Source: an uncultured cyanobacterium (lineage in GTDB: Bacteria > Cyanobacteriota > Cyanobacteriia > PCC-6307 > Cyanobiaceae). From it: a stretch of DNA of 64,000 bases. The stretch is taken from positions 1 to 64,000 of the forward strand of contig CAVONQ010000002.1 in NCBI GenBank assembly GCA_963697335.1, in the 5' to 3' direction. Positions within the stretch are counted from its first letter, which is position 1. Each line of letters starts with the position of its first letter. Positions 51,022-61,400 of the stretch are shown here, one piece after another. A program made the position numbers and the translations under genes. The notes beneath the pieces were generated by a model, which saw nothing but the letters and a program-made list of their open reading frames with translations, did no database searches and was not told where the DNA came from.

Positions 51022-52476
51022 GTGAGCGACGCCCCTGACGACCGCAGCTTCGACTTCGACCTGATCGTGATCGGCGCCGGCTACGGCGGCTTCGATGCGG
51101 CCAAGCACGCCGCCGAGCATGGCCTTTCGGTGGCGATCGTGGAAGCGGCCGAGATGGGCGGCACCTGCGTGAACCGCGGCTGTGTGCCCAGCAAGGCCTT
51201 GCTCGCTGCCAGCGGCCGGGTGCGGGAACTGGCCGATGCCGAGCACCTGGCCGGTTTCGGCATCCACGCCGCGCCGGTGCGCTTTGAGCGCCAGAAGATC
51301 GCCGACCACGCCAATCAGCTCGTGGCCACGATCCGCACCAACCTCACCAAGACCCTGGAGCGCGCCGGCGCCACGATCCTGCGGGGCCAGGGCCGCCTCG
51401 CCGGCAGCCAGCAGGTGACTGTGCGGGCCAGCGGTGGCGGCGTGGAGCGCACCTACAGCGCCCGTGACGTGATCCTGGCCACCGGCTCCGAGCCCTTCGT
51501 ACCCCCCGGCATCGAGACCGATGGCCGCACCGTGTTCACCAGCGACGAGGCGGTGAGCCTGGAGTGGCTGCCGCGCTGGCTGGCGATCGTGGGCAGCGGC
51601 TACATCGGCCTGGAGTTCGCCGACGTCTACACGGCCCTGGGCTGTGAGGTGACCATGATCGAGGCCCTGGATCGGGTGATGCCCACCTTCGATCCCGACA
51701 TCGCCAAGATCGCCGCCCGCCATCTGATCGACGGCCGCGACATCGATGCCCGCGCCGGCCTGCTGGCCCGCAAGGTGACGCCGGGCTGCCCGGTGGTGAT
51801 CGAGCTGGCCGACATGCAGAGCCGCGAGCTGGTGGAAACCCTGGAGGTGGATGCGGTGCTGGTGGCCACCGGCCGGGTGCCCAGCAGCAAGCAGCTCAAC
51901 CTGGCTTCGGTGGGGGTGGAGACCAACCGGGGCTTCATCCCCGTGGATGAACGGATGCAGGTGCTGCTGAACGGCGAGCCCGTGCCCCACCTCTGGGCCG
52001 TGGGGGATGTGACCGGCAAGATGATGCTGGCCCACACCGCCGCCGCCCAGGGCAGCGTGGCGGTGGACAACATCCTGGGCCATGTGCGCCGCATCGATTA
52101 CCGCTCGATTCCAGCGGCCACCTTCACCCATCCGGAGATCAGTTCGGTGGGGCTGAGTGAGGCCGAGGCCAAGGAGCTGGCGGCCGCTGAGGGCTTCGCG
52201 CTGGGCAGCGTGCGCAGCTACTTCAAGGCCAACTCCAAGGCCCTGGCGGAGCTGGAGAGCGACGGGCTGATGAAGCTGCTGTTCAACAAGAGCACCGGCG
52301 AGGTGCTCGGCGCCCACATCTACGGGCTGCACGCCGCCGACCTGATCCAGGAGATCGCCAATGCTGTGGCGCGCCGCCAGAGTGTGCTTCAACTGGTCAA
52401 CGAGGTGCACACCCATCCCACCCTCAGTGAGGTGGTGGAGGTGGCCTACAAGCAGGCCGCCATGGCCGTGGCCTGA
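51022..52476 (+). CDS. lpdA: Dihydrolipoyl dehydrogenase
   Basis: GAGYGG, GGTCVNRGCVPSK, GSGYIGLE, HTHPTLSE. Confidence 0.96.
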   Translation: MSDAPDDRSFDFDLIVIGAGYGGFDAAKHAAEHGLSVAIVEAAEMGGTCVNRGCVPSKALLAASGRVRELADAEHLAGFGIHAAPVRFERQKIADHANQLVATIRTNLTKTLERAGATILRGQGRLAGSQQVTVRASGGGVERTYSARDVILATGSEPFVPPGIETDGRTVFTSDEAVSLEWLPRWLAIVGSGYIGLEFADVYTALGCEVTMIEALDRVMPTFDPDIAKIAARHLIDGRDIDARAGLLARKVTPGCPVVIELADMQSRELVETLEVDAVLVATGRVPSSKQLNLASVGVETNRGFIPVDERMQVLLNGEPVPHLWAVGDVTGKMMLAHTAAAQGSVAVDNILGHVRRIDYRSIPAATFTHPEISSVGLSEAEAKELAAAEGFALGSVRSYFKANSKALAELESDGLMKLLFNKSTGEVLGAHIYGLHAADLIQEIANAVARRQSVLQLVNEVHTHPTLSEVVEVAYKQAAMAVA

Positions 52477-52516
52477 GGGCCGGCCCGCTCTGTCCATTCC
52501 CCTCGTCCGTTGATCG

Positions 52517-53404
52517 ATGCAGATTCGTCGCCGCCCCCCGAACCCCAAGGTGAAGGTGGCCTTCCTGGAGTACGGCGTGCCCCACGCCGAGGAGGCGCCG
52601 CGCCACATCCTCGAGGAGATCGTGTGGCAGAAGGACCGGGAAGTGGCCACGGCCCGCGAGCGGGTGCCCCTCCAGAAACTGGCCCGCCAGGTGGCCGATC
52701 TGCCCCCCACCCGCGACTTCGAGGCTGCCCTGCGGGCCAGCTGCCGCAAGCCTGCCGTGATCGCCGAGATCAAGAAGGCCAGCCCCAGCAAGGGCGTGAT
52801 CCGCGAGCACTTCGACCCCGAGGCCATTGCCCGCGGCTACGCCGCCGGTGGGGCCAGCTGTCTGTCGGTGCTCACCGACAAAACCTTCTTCCAGGGAGGC
52901 TTTGAGGTGCTGGTGCAGGTGCGCCAGGTGGTGGAGCTGCCCCTGCTCTGCAAGGACTTCATCCTCAGCCCTTACCAGCTCTATCAGGCCCGTGCCGCCG
53001 GCGCCGATGCCGCCCTGCTGATCGCTGCAATCCTTACGGATCAGGATCTCACCTATCTGCTCAAGGCGGCCCGCAGCCTCGGCCTGGCCACCCTGGTGGA
53101 GGTGCATGACAACGCCGAGATGGAGCGGGTGCTGGCCCTGGAGGGGGTGGGGCTGATCGGCATCAACAACCGGGATCTCGCCACCTTCCATACCGACCTG
53201 GCCACCACCGAGCAGCTGATGGCGCGCCACGGCGCGGCGTTGCGGGCCAAGGGCGCCCTGCTGGTGAGCGAATCGGGCCTGTTCAGCTGCGACGACCTCG
53301 ATCGGGTGCAGAGCGCCGGGGCGGATGCGGTGCTGGTGGGCGAAGCGCTGATGCGCCAGGACGACGTGACCGCCGCGCTGGAGGCCCTGATCCATGGCAG
53401 CTGA
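52517..53404 (+). CDS. trpC: Indole-3-glycerol phosphate synthase
   Basis: [35 protein letters not shown]. Confidence 0.97.
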   Translation: MQIRRRPPNPKVKVAFLEYGVPHAEEAPRHILEEIVWQKDREVATARERVPLQKLARQVADLPPTRDFEAALRASCRKPAVIAEIKKASPSKGVIREHFDPEAIARGYAAGGASCLSVLTDKTFFQGGFEVLVQVRQVVELPLLCKDFILSPYQLYQARAAGADAALLIAAILTDQDLTYLLKAARSLGLATLVEVHDNAEMERVLALEGVGLIGINNRDLATFHTDLATTEQLMARHGAALRAKGALLVSESGLFSCDDLDRVQSAGADAVLVGEALMRQDDVTAALEALIHGS

Positions 53405-53932
53405 GGGCACGTCTTGCCCTCAGGCCTTACGGAACTCGATCACTGGAAAACCGCCGAGCTCCGGAGACTTCTGGATCACGAGCTGTCCTGTCTAAGCAGA
53501 TCTTTCGGCGCCAATGAGGTGCGCCTCAATAAATTTTGTCAAGTATTCATGCCTTGCCACGTGATACCAGGCAGGGGAAGAAGAACGATTGACAGAGCTT
53601 GATCCAGCACCAAGTACATGGCTGCAACCTTGATGAGTTCGTCTCTGAAAAGAGCAGTAACTTTGATTTGACCTCATGCTGACCGCGTCGAGAGAAGTCT
53701 GTCCATATCCGTCTCCGGAGGCGCTGAGCCTTTGGCTGGCATTCCCTGGAAAAACAGCGAGCGCAGTGGCTCTGCTGACAAAGTGCTGATGCACAACCTC
53801 CGTCTTGATATTCTAGGCTGGAATGCCATTTCGGCAATGAGTCGTCGGGGTCTTATGGGTTTAAGACTTGATAGGAAGCCCTACGCTGAGATTGCAGATG
53901 GTCTTGCTGGGTTGCACGCCAGACAGGTGAGA

Positions 53933-54682
53933 ATGGGCAGGCGGTTCTTGCCTAATTTCATCATCATCGGCGCCGCTAAGTCTGCCACGACTACACTTGC
54001 CACAGTGCTCTCAAGCCATGCTGATATTTACATCAGCCGTCCGAAAGAGCCGAAGTTTTTCGGGCGCCATTACGGTAAGGGATGGTCATGGTATCGGAGC
54101 ATCTTCAGGGCCGGATGCGGCTTTGCCTTGCGCGGTGAGGCGAGCACGATGTATGCCAGCTCGCTGAGGGAATTTCGGGATGCTCCTGGGCTTATGCATC
54201 GATACTTTCCAGGAATGAAAATCGTTTATGTAGTGCGTCATCCCCTTGATCGGCTAGTGTCTCAGTGGCGCCACGTCAAAGGACGATGCCCTGACTATGT
54301 GGAGTTTGAGCGAATTCTTTTCGACCGTCGAGCCGCCCGTCTGTTGATCGGATGTTCCAGTTACTACGAAAGGATCAATGCCTATCGAAGATATTTCCCG
54401 GATCAGCAGATTCATTGCTTGACGTTTGAGGATCTTATTGCTGATCCTGCTGTCGCCCTCGGGAAGTTGCTTGCTTTTCTGGGGCTTCCGCCTCAGGCTC
54501 AAAGCATCCTTGAAGCAGGAAATTTGCCCAGGCTCAACAAGGTGGGAGAAAAGGGTCGTGCCCATGTGTCGAAGCCCGACTGGCCAAGCCCTATGCGTGC
54601 CTCAGTGATTCAACGACTCCGCCCTGATGCAGAAGCCTTTCTCGCCTACATCGGCAAGCCGAAAGATTATTGGAACTGGTGA
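53933..54682 (+). CDS. Sulfotransferase family protein
   Basis: PNFIIIGAAKSATTTL, KEPKFF, GEAST.Y, RHPLDRLVSQW. AT-richer than its flanks; start may be further upstream (ORF opens at 53732). Confidence 0.85.
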   Translation: MGRRFLPNFIIIGAAKSATTTLATVLSSHADIYISRPKEPKFFGRHYGKGWSWYRSIFRAGCGFALRGEASTMYASSLREFRDAPGLMHRYFPGMKIVYVVRHPLDRLVSQWRHVKGRCPDYVEFERILFDRRAARLLIGCSSYYERINAYRRYFPDQQIHCLTFEDLIADPAVALGKLLAFLGLPPQAQSILEAGNLPRLNKVGEKGRAHVSKPDWPSPMRASVIQRLRPDAEAFLAYIGKPKDYWNW

Positions 54683-54894
54683 TCTGGAGATCCACCCCAG
54701 CAGCAGCTCTATCGGCTGCAGGCATGAACAACCTGGTGGCAAATCTCAAGTAGTACCTTGGCACTGATGGTCGCAACCTTGTCTGTTCCCGTTGTCAGGA
54801 GCCGAAGCACTTGGACTTGCTCAAGCCTCGTGCGATCAAGAGGCCCTCTGGAGAGACTGGAATCTGATCGATGCGGGACAGGGTCCTGAAGCCA

Positions 54895-54926
54895 TGGTCA
54901 GAGGTGCCCGATGAGCACCTTGACCA
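54895..54926. terminator. Hairpin downstream of rpsD
   Basis: TGGTCA-G-AGGTGC...GCACCT-TGACCA. Confidence 0.5.
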
Positions 54927-54967
54927 CAGCCCCCAGAACCCTCTCATTGCCTGGGCCTGGGAGATCC

Positions 54968-55576
54968 CTACACCTTGCGGGAATAGAACTCCACCACCAG
55001 CAGTTCGTTGATTTCCAGGGCGACCCACTCGCGCTCGCAGCGGCTGATCACCTTGGCGGTGAACTTGTTCTTGTCCAGTTCCAGGTGGGGAGGGATGTTG
55101 GCCAGACCCGGGAACTCCAGGTTGCCCTCCGCCAGCTTGCGGCTCTGCTTGCGCTCGCGCACGGCGACCACGTCGCCGGGCTTGCACTGGAAGCTGGCAA
55201 TGTCCACGACCCGGCCGTTGACGGTCACGTGGCCGTGGTTCACGAACTGGCGGGCGCCGGGCACGGTGGGCCCGAAGCCGAGGCGGAAACAGATGTTGTC
55301 GAGACGGCTCTCGAGCAGCTTGAGCAGGTTGGTGCCGCTGGAGCCTCCCTGGGCTCGCGCTTTCTTGACGTAGCGCACCAGCTGGCGCTCGGAGATGCCG
55401 TAGTTGAAGCGAAGCTTCTGCTTCTCTTCCAGGCGGATGGCGTATTCGGAGCGCTTGCGACGGGCTTGGCCGTGCTGACCGGGGGGATAAGACCGCTTGG
55501 CGGACTTACGGGTGAGACCGGGAAGGTCTCCCAAGCGCCGCGTGATCCTCAGACGAGGGCCGCGGTAACGAGACAT
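54968..55576 (-). CDS. rpsD: 30S ribosomal protein S4
   Basis: [31 protein letters not shown]. Confidence 0.98.
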   Translation of the reverse strand: MSRYRGPRLRITRRLGDLPGLTRKSAKRSYPPGQHGQARRKRSEYAIRLEEKQKLRFNYGISERQLVRYVKKARAQGGSSGTNLLKLLESRLDNICFRLGFGPTVPGARQFVNHGHVTVNGRVVDIASFQCKPGDVVAVRERKQSRKLAEGNLEFPGLANIPPHLELDKNKFTAKVISRCEREWVALEINELLVVEFYSRKV

Positions 55577-55703
55577 GAAAACAAGGTGGTGGGACGGAAC
55601 GGGAACCCAGGTGGGGCCCATGACGGCCGCAGCTCGGGCATGCTGGATCAAGTCCGCTGCCCGCGCCTTGACGCGCCAACGATCGATCTTATCGGTTGGC
55701 CCC

Positions 55704-55976
55704 GTGGCCCTCGGACTGGACCCATCCCCTGAGCTGCCCGCTCCTACGGGTCCCTCCCGCTGGCTGGCCTGGCTGCTGCTGGGGCTGATCGGCCTCTACC
55801 GCCGCTTTCTCTCGCCCCTGCTGGGCCCCCGTTGCCGCTTCATTCCCAGCTGCAGTGCCTATGGCCTGGAGGCGATCAGCCGCCATGGGCCCTGGCGCGG
55901 CGGCTGGCTCACCCTGCGGCGGCTGCTGCGCTGTCACCCCTTCACGCCCTGCGGCTGTGATCCGGTGCCCGACTGA
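55704..55976 (+). CDS. yidD: Membrane protein insertion efficiency factor
   Basis: [18 protein letters not shown]...RCHPF..G.DPVP. Confidence 0.92.
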   Translation: MALGLDPSPELPAPTGPSRWLAWLLLGLIGLYRRFLSPLLGPRCRFIPSCSAYGLEAISRHGPWRGGWLTLRRLLRCHPFTPCGCDPVPD

Positions 55977-56053
55977 GCCCACCGACCGGCTCCCGGCCCC
56001 TCCCTTCCCTTCCCTTACTGTCTCGCCCTGACTATCCCGCCCTGCCGTCCCCC

Positions 56054-56329
56054 ATGGCCGATCTTCTGGTGCTCTACTCCCGCCCGGGCTGCTGCCTGTG
56101 TGAGGGGTTGGAGGAGAAGCTGCGCCGGCTCACGCCGCCGCCGCCCCTGGCGGTGGTGAATGTGGATGACGACCCGGCCCTGCAGGCCCGCTTCGGGCTG
56201 GAGGTGCCGGTGCTTGGCTGGCGCACGCCCAGGGGTGAGCATCTGCTGCCCCGGGTGCCGCCTCGCCTGGTGGACACGGCCCTGCTGGTTTGGTTGGGCA
56301 AGAACGGTTTTCCTGGGGCAAGCGTCTAG
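56054..56329 (+). CDS. Glutaredoxin-like protein (DUF836)
   Basis: [18 protein letters not shown]. Confidence 0.85.
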   Translation: MADLLVLYSRPGCCLCEGLEEKLRRLTPPPPLAVVNVDDDPALQARFGLEVPVLGWRTPRGEHLLPRVPPRLVDTALLVWLGKNGFPGASV

Positions 56330-56358
56330 AACGGCGCCAGCCAACCCGTTGCCCCGCC

Positions 56359-57876
56359 ATGCCCACCCTGCTTCATCCCCTGCTGCGCGAAGTGGGACTG
56401 CAGGTGCCCGAGGGCCTTCCCGACGCCACGGTGCGCTCGATCAGCTGCGACTCGCGCCGGGTGGGTCCTGAGACCCTGTTCATCGGTCTGCCTGGCACCC
56501 AGGTGGATGGTGGCCGCTACTGGCGCTCCGCCCTGGAGGCAGGCGCTTGTCTGGCGGTGGTGGGTCCCGGGGCGGTCCTCGACGACCGCCCCGGCGATGG
56601 CGATCCGGTGCTGGTGGTGAAAGAACCCGTGGCCCGCTGGGCCGGAGCCCTGGCCGCCGCCTACTGGGCACAACCCAGCGCCCGCCTGGCCCTGATCGGG
56701 GTCACCGGCACCAACGGCAAGACCACCACCACCCATCTGATCGAGCACCTGGCGGGGGCGGCGGGGCTGCCGACCGCCCTGTTCGGCACCCTTGAGAACC
56801 GCTGGCCCGGCTACAGCGTCACGGCCCAGCACACCACCGCCTTCGCGGATCTGCTGCAGGCCCAGCTGGCCCGCGCGGTCGAGGCCGGCGCCCGGATCGG
56901 TGCCATGGAGGTGAGCTCCCATGCCCTCGATCAAGACCGGGTGGCCGGCTGCCAGTTCGCCGGGGCGGTGTTCACCAACCTCACCCAGGACCACCTCGAC
57001 TACCACGCCTCGATGGAGGCCTACTTCGCCGCCAAGGCGCTGCTGTTCGCCTCGCCCCTGCTCAAGGCCAGTGCCAGCCCCACGGTGGTGGTCAATGGCG
57101 ACGACCCCTGGGGCGCCCAACTGGCCCGCCAGCTGGGGCAGCGCTGCTGGCGCAGTTCCCTGCTCGACCCCGGCGCCGAGCTGTTCATCGATTCCCTCGA
57201 GATGGAGAGCAGCGGTGTGGGCGGCCGGCTTGTAACCCCCCTGGGGGAGGGCCGTTTCCAGTCGCCGCTGCTGGGCCGCTTCAACCTGATGAACCTGCTG
57301 CAGGCCGTGGGAGCCCTGGTGCAGCAGGGGATTCCGCTGGACCTGCTGCTGCCCGGGCTGGCCAGTTTCCGGGGGGTGCCCGGACGCATGGAGCGGGTGA
57401 GTGCCGCCGGCACCCAGCCCCAGCCGGTGGTGTTGGTGGACTATGCCCATACGCCCGATGGCCTGGACAATGCCCTCCAGGCCAGCCGCCCCTTCACCAG
57501 GGGGCAGCTGATCTGCGTGTTCGGCTGCGGCGGTGACCGCGATCGCAGCAAGCGGCCCCAGATGGGTGCCATCGCCGCCCGCCTGGCCGATCGCGTCGTG
57601 GTGACCTCCGACAATCCGCGCACGGAGGATCCCCAGGCCATCCTCGACGACGTCTTGGCCGGCATCCCCGCCGGCACCGACCTGGAGGTGGAAGGGGACC
57701 GGGCCCTGGCGATCGCCGCGGCGATCAGGGCAGCGCAGCCCGAGGATCTGGTGCTGATCGCTGGCAAGGGCCACGAGGATTACCAGATCCTGGGCACCAC
57801 CAAGATCCACTTCGACGACAGGGAGGAGGCCCAGAAGGCCCTCGGCGCCAGGCTGGGCTTAGCCGGTTTGAAGTGA
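56359..57876 (+). CDS. murE: UDP-MurNAc-tripeptide synthetase (mDAP ligase)
   Basis: [41 protein letters not shown]. Confidence 0.96.
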   Translation: MPTLLHPLLREVGLQVPEGLPDATVRSISCDSRRVGPETLFIGLPGTQVDGGRYWRSALEAGACLAVVGPGAVLDDRPGDGDPVLVVKEPVARWAGALAAAYWAQPSARLALIGVTGTNGKTTTTHLIEHLAGAAGLPTALFGTLENRWPGYSVTAQHTTAFADLLQAQLARAVEAGARIGAMEVSSHALDQDRVAGCQFAGAVFTNLTQDHLDYHASMEAYFAAKALLFASPLLKASASPTVVVNGDDPWGAQLARQLGQRCWRSSLLDPGAELFIDSLEMESSGVGGRLVTPLGEGRFQSPLLGRFNLMNLLQAVGALVQQGIPLDLLLPGLASFRGVPGRMERVSAAGTQPQPVVLVDYAHTPDGLDNALQASRPFTRGQLICVFGCGGDRDRSKRPQMGAIAARLADRVVVTSDNPRTEDPQAILDDVLAGIPAGTDLEVEGDRALAIAAAIRAAQPEDLVLIAGKGHEDYQILGTTKIHFDDREEAQKALGARLGLAGLK

Positions 57877-57982
57877 CAAGGATGGTGAACTCGGAGCAAG
57901 CACGCTGCCAGGGCAGCCCTTGGCCAGTACGTTTACCCCGTCCGGTATCTGGTTTCACCGCTCCATGTCTTCTTCCGTGCCC

Positions 57983-58705
57983 ATGTCGAGGAAATTCCTC
58001 GCCGAGTTGATCGGTACGTTCTGGCTGGTGTTCGGGGGCTGCGGCAGCGCCGTGCTGGCCGCCGTCTTCCCGTACGACGATGCCGCCGTCAATCCCCTCG
58101 GTCTCGGTTTCCTCGGGGTATCGCTCGCCTTTGGCCTGACGCTGCTCACCATGGCCTACGCCATCGGCCATATCTCTGGCTGCCATATCAATCCTGCCGT
58201 CACCTTCGGTCTCTGGGCCAGCGGCCGCCATCCCGGCTCCCAGCTGCTTCCCTACATCGCCGCCCAGGTGATCGGCGGCTGGCTCGCCGGCGGCCTCCTG
58301 CTGGGCATTGCCAATGGCCGACCCGGCTTTGAACTCAGTGGCAGCAACCCGCTGGCCACCAATGGCTTCGGGGCCCACTCCCCCGGGGGCTACGGCCTGC
58401 TTTCGGCGCTGATCATCGAGGTGGTGCTCACCTTCGTCTTCCTGCTGGTGATCCTGGGCGCCACCCACAAGGATGCGATCAAGGACCTGGCCGGCGTGCC
58501 GATCGGCCTGAGCCTGGTGCTGATCCACCTGATCAGCATCCCCGTCACCAACACCTCGGTGAACCCCGCCCGCAGCACTGGCGTGGCTCTGTGGGTGGGT
58601 GGTGATGCCGTGGGCCAGTTGTGGCTGTTCTGGCTGGCGCCGATCGTTGGAGCCCTGCTGGCTGGCTGGGTCCAGCGTCAGCTGCTGGATGGTCGCAGCG
58701 ACTGA
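57983..58705 (+). CDS. aqpZ: Aquaporin Z
   Basis: [17 protein letters not shown], two NPA motifs (HINPAV, SVNPARS). Confidence 0.95.
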   Translation: MSRKFLAELIGTFWLVFGGCGSAVLAAVFPYDDAAVNPLGLGFLGVSLAFGLTLLTMAYAIGHISGCHINPAVTFGLWASGRHPGSQLLPYIAAQVIGGWLAGGLLLGIANGRPGFELSGSNPLATNGFGAHSPGGYGLLSALIIEVVLTFVFLLVILGATHKDAIKDLAGVPIGLSLVLIHLISIPVTNTSVNPARSTGVALWVGGDAVGQLWLFWLAPIVGALLAGWVQRQLLDGRSD

Positions 58706-58711
58706 ACTGCG

Positions 58712-58741
58712 CAGCTGAGTGATCAACTGATCTCTCAGCTG
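58712..58741. terminator. Hairpin between convergent genes
   Basis: CAGCTGAG-T-GATC...GATC-T-CTCAGCTG. Confidence 0.5.
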
Positions 58742-59919
58742 ATCAGGCCCGGCGCGGTGAACTCGGCCAGAGTCTTCACCAGCTGGGCCACCTCAGCTTC
58801 CGTGGTGGTGATGTGGGTGCAGGCGCGCAGGCAGTGAGGGTCGTCCAGGGTCCGAAGCCAGAGGCGCCGCTGCCCCAGCTTGCGCACCAGATCCCCAGGC
58901 TCCATGCCCTCCACCACGAAGCTCACCAACCCTGCAGGTGGGGGCTGGTGCAGCAGCGTCCGTACGCCTGGCAGCGGCTGCAGTTGCTGCCACAGGGACC
59001 CGGCCAGCTCCTGGATCTGCCATAGCCGCTGGGCATCGGTGCCTTCACCCTCCAGCAGCTCCAGGGAGTGATTCAGGCCGGCGAACAAAGGGATGCAGGA
59101 GGTGGCCACCTCAAAGCGGCGCGCGTCGGTGTGGAAGCCACTGGCCGCACTGCCCTCATGGCTGAGGCTGCGCCAGCCGATGAGGGTGGGCTGGGCTTCC
59201 GCCAGCAGCCGCTCGGAGAGGGCCACCACGCCCAGGCCCTCCGGCCCGCAGCACCACTTGTGGCCTGTGCAGGCGTAGATGTCGGCCGCCCGGGCCGCCT
59301 CCGCCACCGGGATGCTGCCGAGCGACTGGGCCGCATCCACCAGCAGCCAGGGCCGCTGCGGGTGCTGGCCCAGCCGGCTGGCCACAGCGGCGATCGGCAT
59401 GGTCTGGCCGGTGTTCCAGAGCAGGTGGGAGAGCACCACCAGGCGGGTGCGCGGGCCGAGGGCGTTCTCCAGCCGCTCCAGCACTGCTGCGTCGGTGGAC
59501 GCCGGATCGCGCCGCAGGTCAGCGACCCGGAAACGCTCAATCGTGAGTTGCTGGCGTCGGGCCAGCTCCTGGCAGGCCGCCACCACACCGGGGTGTTCGC
59601 AGTCGCTGAGCAGCAGCACATCCCCGGGCTGCCAGGGCAGTCCCCAGAGGGGCAGCACGCAGCCACTGGTGACGTTCTCGGTGAAGGCCAGGCGCTGCGG
59701 TGCCACCCCGAGCCAGCGTCCCAGGCGCCCCCGCAGGCCCGCCACCGTGGACTCCACGAAAGGCCACACATCCCCAGTGAACGGCCCCAGCTCCTGCAGC
59801 CGGCCCCACGCCGCCACCATGGCGTCAAGACTGGCTGTTGGCAGCGGTCCCTGGCCGCCGTAGTTGAAGTAGGTCTTGTTGGCCAGGGCCGGCAGCTGGT
59901 CGCGAAATGCGCTGGTCAC
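58735..59919 (-). CDS. Class V PLP enzyme (cysteine/cystine lyase-like)
   Basis: YFNYGGQGP, SHLLWNTG, VDAAQS, TGHKW..GPEG. Confidence 0.88.
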   Translation of the reverse strand: MTSAFRDQLPALANKTYFNYGGQGPLPTASLDAMVAAWGRLQELGPFTGDVWPFVESTVAGLRGRLGRWLGVAPQRLAFTENVTSGCVLPLWGLPWQPGDVLLLSDCEHPGVVAACQELARRQQLTIERFRVADLRRDPASTDAAVLERLENALGPRTRLVVLSHLLWNTGQTMPIAAVASRLGQHPQRPWLLVDAAQSLGSIPVAEAARAADIYACTGHKWCCGPEGLGVVALSERLLAEAQPTLIGWRSLSHEGSAASGFHTDARRFEVATSCIPLFAGLNHSLELLEGEGTDAQRLWQIQELAGSLWQQLQPLPGVRTLLHQPPPAGLVSFVVEGMEPGDLVRKLGQRRLWLRTLDDPHCLRACTHITTTEAEVAQLVKTLAEFTAPGLIS

Positions 59920-60999
59920 TCAGGCCTGGGTGCCGAAGGTCACCTGGCAGGCCGCGTTGATCAGCTGGGCTTCCGCTGGGGTGGTGGGCACGTCACCGTT
60001 CAGCAGCCCCTCCTCGCAGTCGGCCTCCATCTCATAGGTGCCGGAGCCGTTGTTGACGGCAAACGTGACCCCCGTGTCTTCCACAGGTTCCACGCTGCCG
60101 TAGTACAGCTGCCAGTTTGTATCGGGCACGATCACAGTGGGCTGACGGCGCTGGATGGCCCGGTCAATGGAGTTGTTGATGATCGCCGCCGTGGTGAGGG
60201 CAGTGATGCCCCACACCAGGGACTGCCCGACCCACCAGCCCCATGGCGGTGAACTGGACCAACCGCCATACCAGCCACCACCCCAGGGGCGAGCGTTGTA
60301 CCAGCCGCGATTACGGGCCCAACCGCCCTGTCCGTAGTAGTTGTTGACCACCACCGGGCGGCGCCATTGGTTCCGCTTGATGTTGTTGTAACTACGCCAG
60401 CGGTTGCTGTCCCAGTCTCTGTAGCGGTTTTCGGCCTTGCGGTAGCCGCGGTCATACCCCCGGTCGTAACCGCGCTGGCGGCCCTTGCCGACCCCCTCGC
60501 GGTAGCCGGTCTTGACGCCCTTGTTGTAGCCACGGTCCTTGCCTTCGCGCAGACCTTGGCGATAGATGCGATCGCGTTCCTCCTTGGTGAGGCTGCGATC
60601 GGATTTTGGTGTTCTGTCTTTGTTGTTGTGGCTGTTTTTGACGTTCCTGTCTTTGGCTCGATCGTTCTTCTGGTTGTTGCTGGTCTTTCGATTGACGTTG
60701 TTTTTCTGATTCCTGTCGCTTGACTTGCGGTCGTTCTTCTGCCGCTTCTCAGGCTTCTGGTCGCGGTTCTTCTTCTTTTTCTTGTCTCGGTCTTTATCCT
60801 TGTCTTTCTCTTTGGCGATCAGCACTGGGCCGCTGTCGCCACCTGCCACCATGGCAGCGTTGGCCCGTTGGGCGGCGGGTTGCTGGTGGGACTGCCGCAG
60901 AGCAGCCATGGAGGGCAGGGCGGTGGCGCAGGCCATCACCAACGCCATGCTGATGGCGGGCAGGCCCAGACCAGCCTTGTGGTTTGAGTGGAGTGTCAT
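59920..60999 (-). CDS. Secreted hypothetical protein with low-complexity charged and Gly/aromatic regions
   Basis: Signal-like N-terminus, K/D/R/N-rich tract, GxxxG repeats, W/Y/G-rich tract, C-terminal domain with two Cys. Confidence 0.8.
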   Translation of the reverse strand: MTLHSNHKAGLGLPAISMALVMACATALPSMAALRQSHQQPAAQRANAAMVAGGDSGPVLIAKEKDKDKDRDKKKKKNRDQKPEKRQKNDRKSSDRNQKNNVNRKTSNNQKNDRAKDRNVKNSHNNKDRTPKSDRSLTKEERDRIYRQGLREGKDRGYNKGVKTGYREGVGKGRQRGYDRGYDRGYRKAENRYRDWDSNRWRSYNNIKRNQWRRPVVVNNYYGQGGWARNRGWYNARPWGGGWYGGWSSSPPWGWWVGQSLVWGITALTTAAIINNSIDRAIQRRQPTVIVPDTNWQLYYGSVEPVEDTGVTFAVNNGSGTYEMEADCEEGLLNGDVPTTPAEAQLINAACQVTFGTQA

Positions 61000-61150
61000 G
61001 CCAAGGTCCAATTGGCGATGAATTCACTATGAACAGCCTGGAGGGGCTTGACAGCCGTGGCTTTCCAGTTCTCAAGGTGGTGCTGATTGTGTTCTGAGGT
61101 AACGCCGCTGCTTAGGAGCCGCAAGGCAAACCACTCAGCGGCGTTCGGCT

Positions 61151-61330
61151 TCAGAGCACCTGGCCTAGGGCCACGGCCGCGATGGCCGAAAACAGGGTGA
61201 TGCCAAGGGCAGTGACCGGATTCTGGCCCTGGGCAACGGCCACCGTCGTCACCACCCCGGCACCGATGCAGGCCACGGCCAGCTGGGTGAACAGTTCACC
61301 GCGATCACGAGGAGTGGGGCTGGGGGTCAT
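61151..61330 (-). CDS. Small two-TM membrane protein (59 aa)
   Basis: AAGG upstream of the ATG; two hydrophobic helices around QGQNP. Confidence 0.65.
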   Translation of the reverse strand: MTPSPTPRDRGELFTQLAVACIGAGVVTTVAVAQGQNPVTALGITLFSAIAAVALGQVL

Positions 61331-61400
61331 GGCGGTGCCTTGGTCGTGAGCAGACCGTAGGGGGGGTGACCAGGCCCACCCAGCCGTGGCCACAGGCTTG

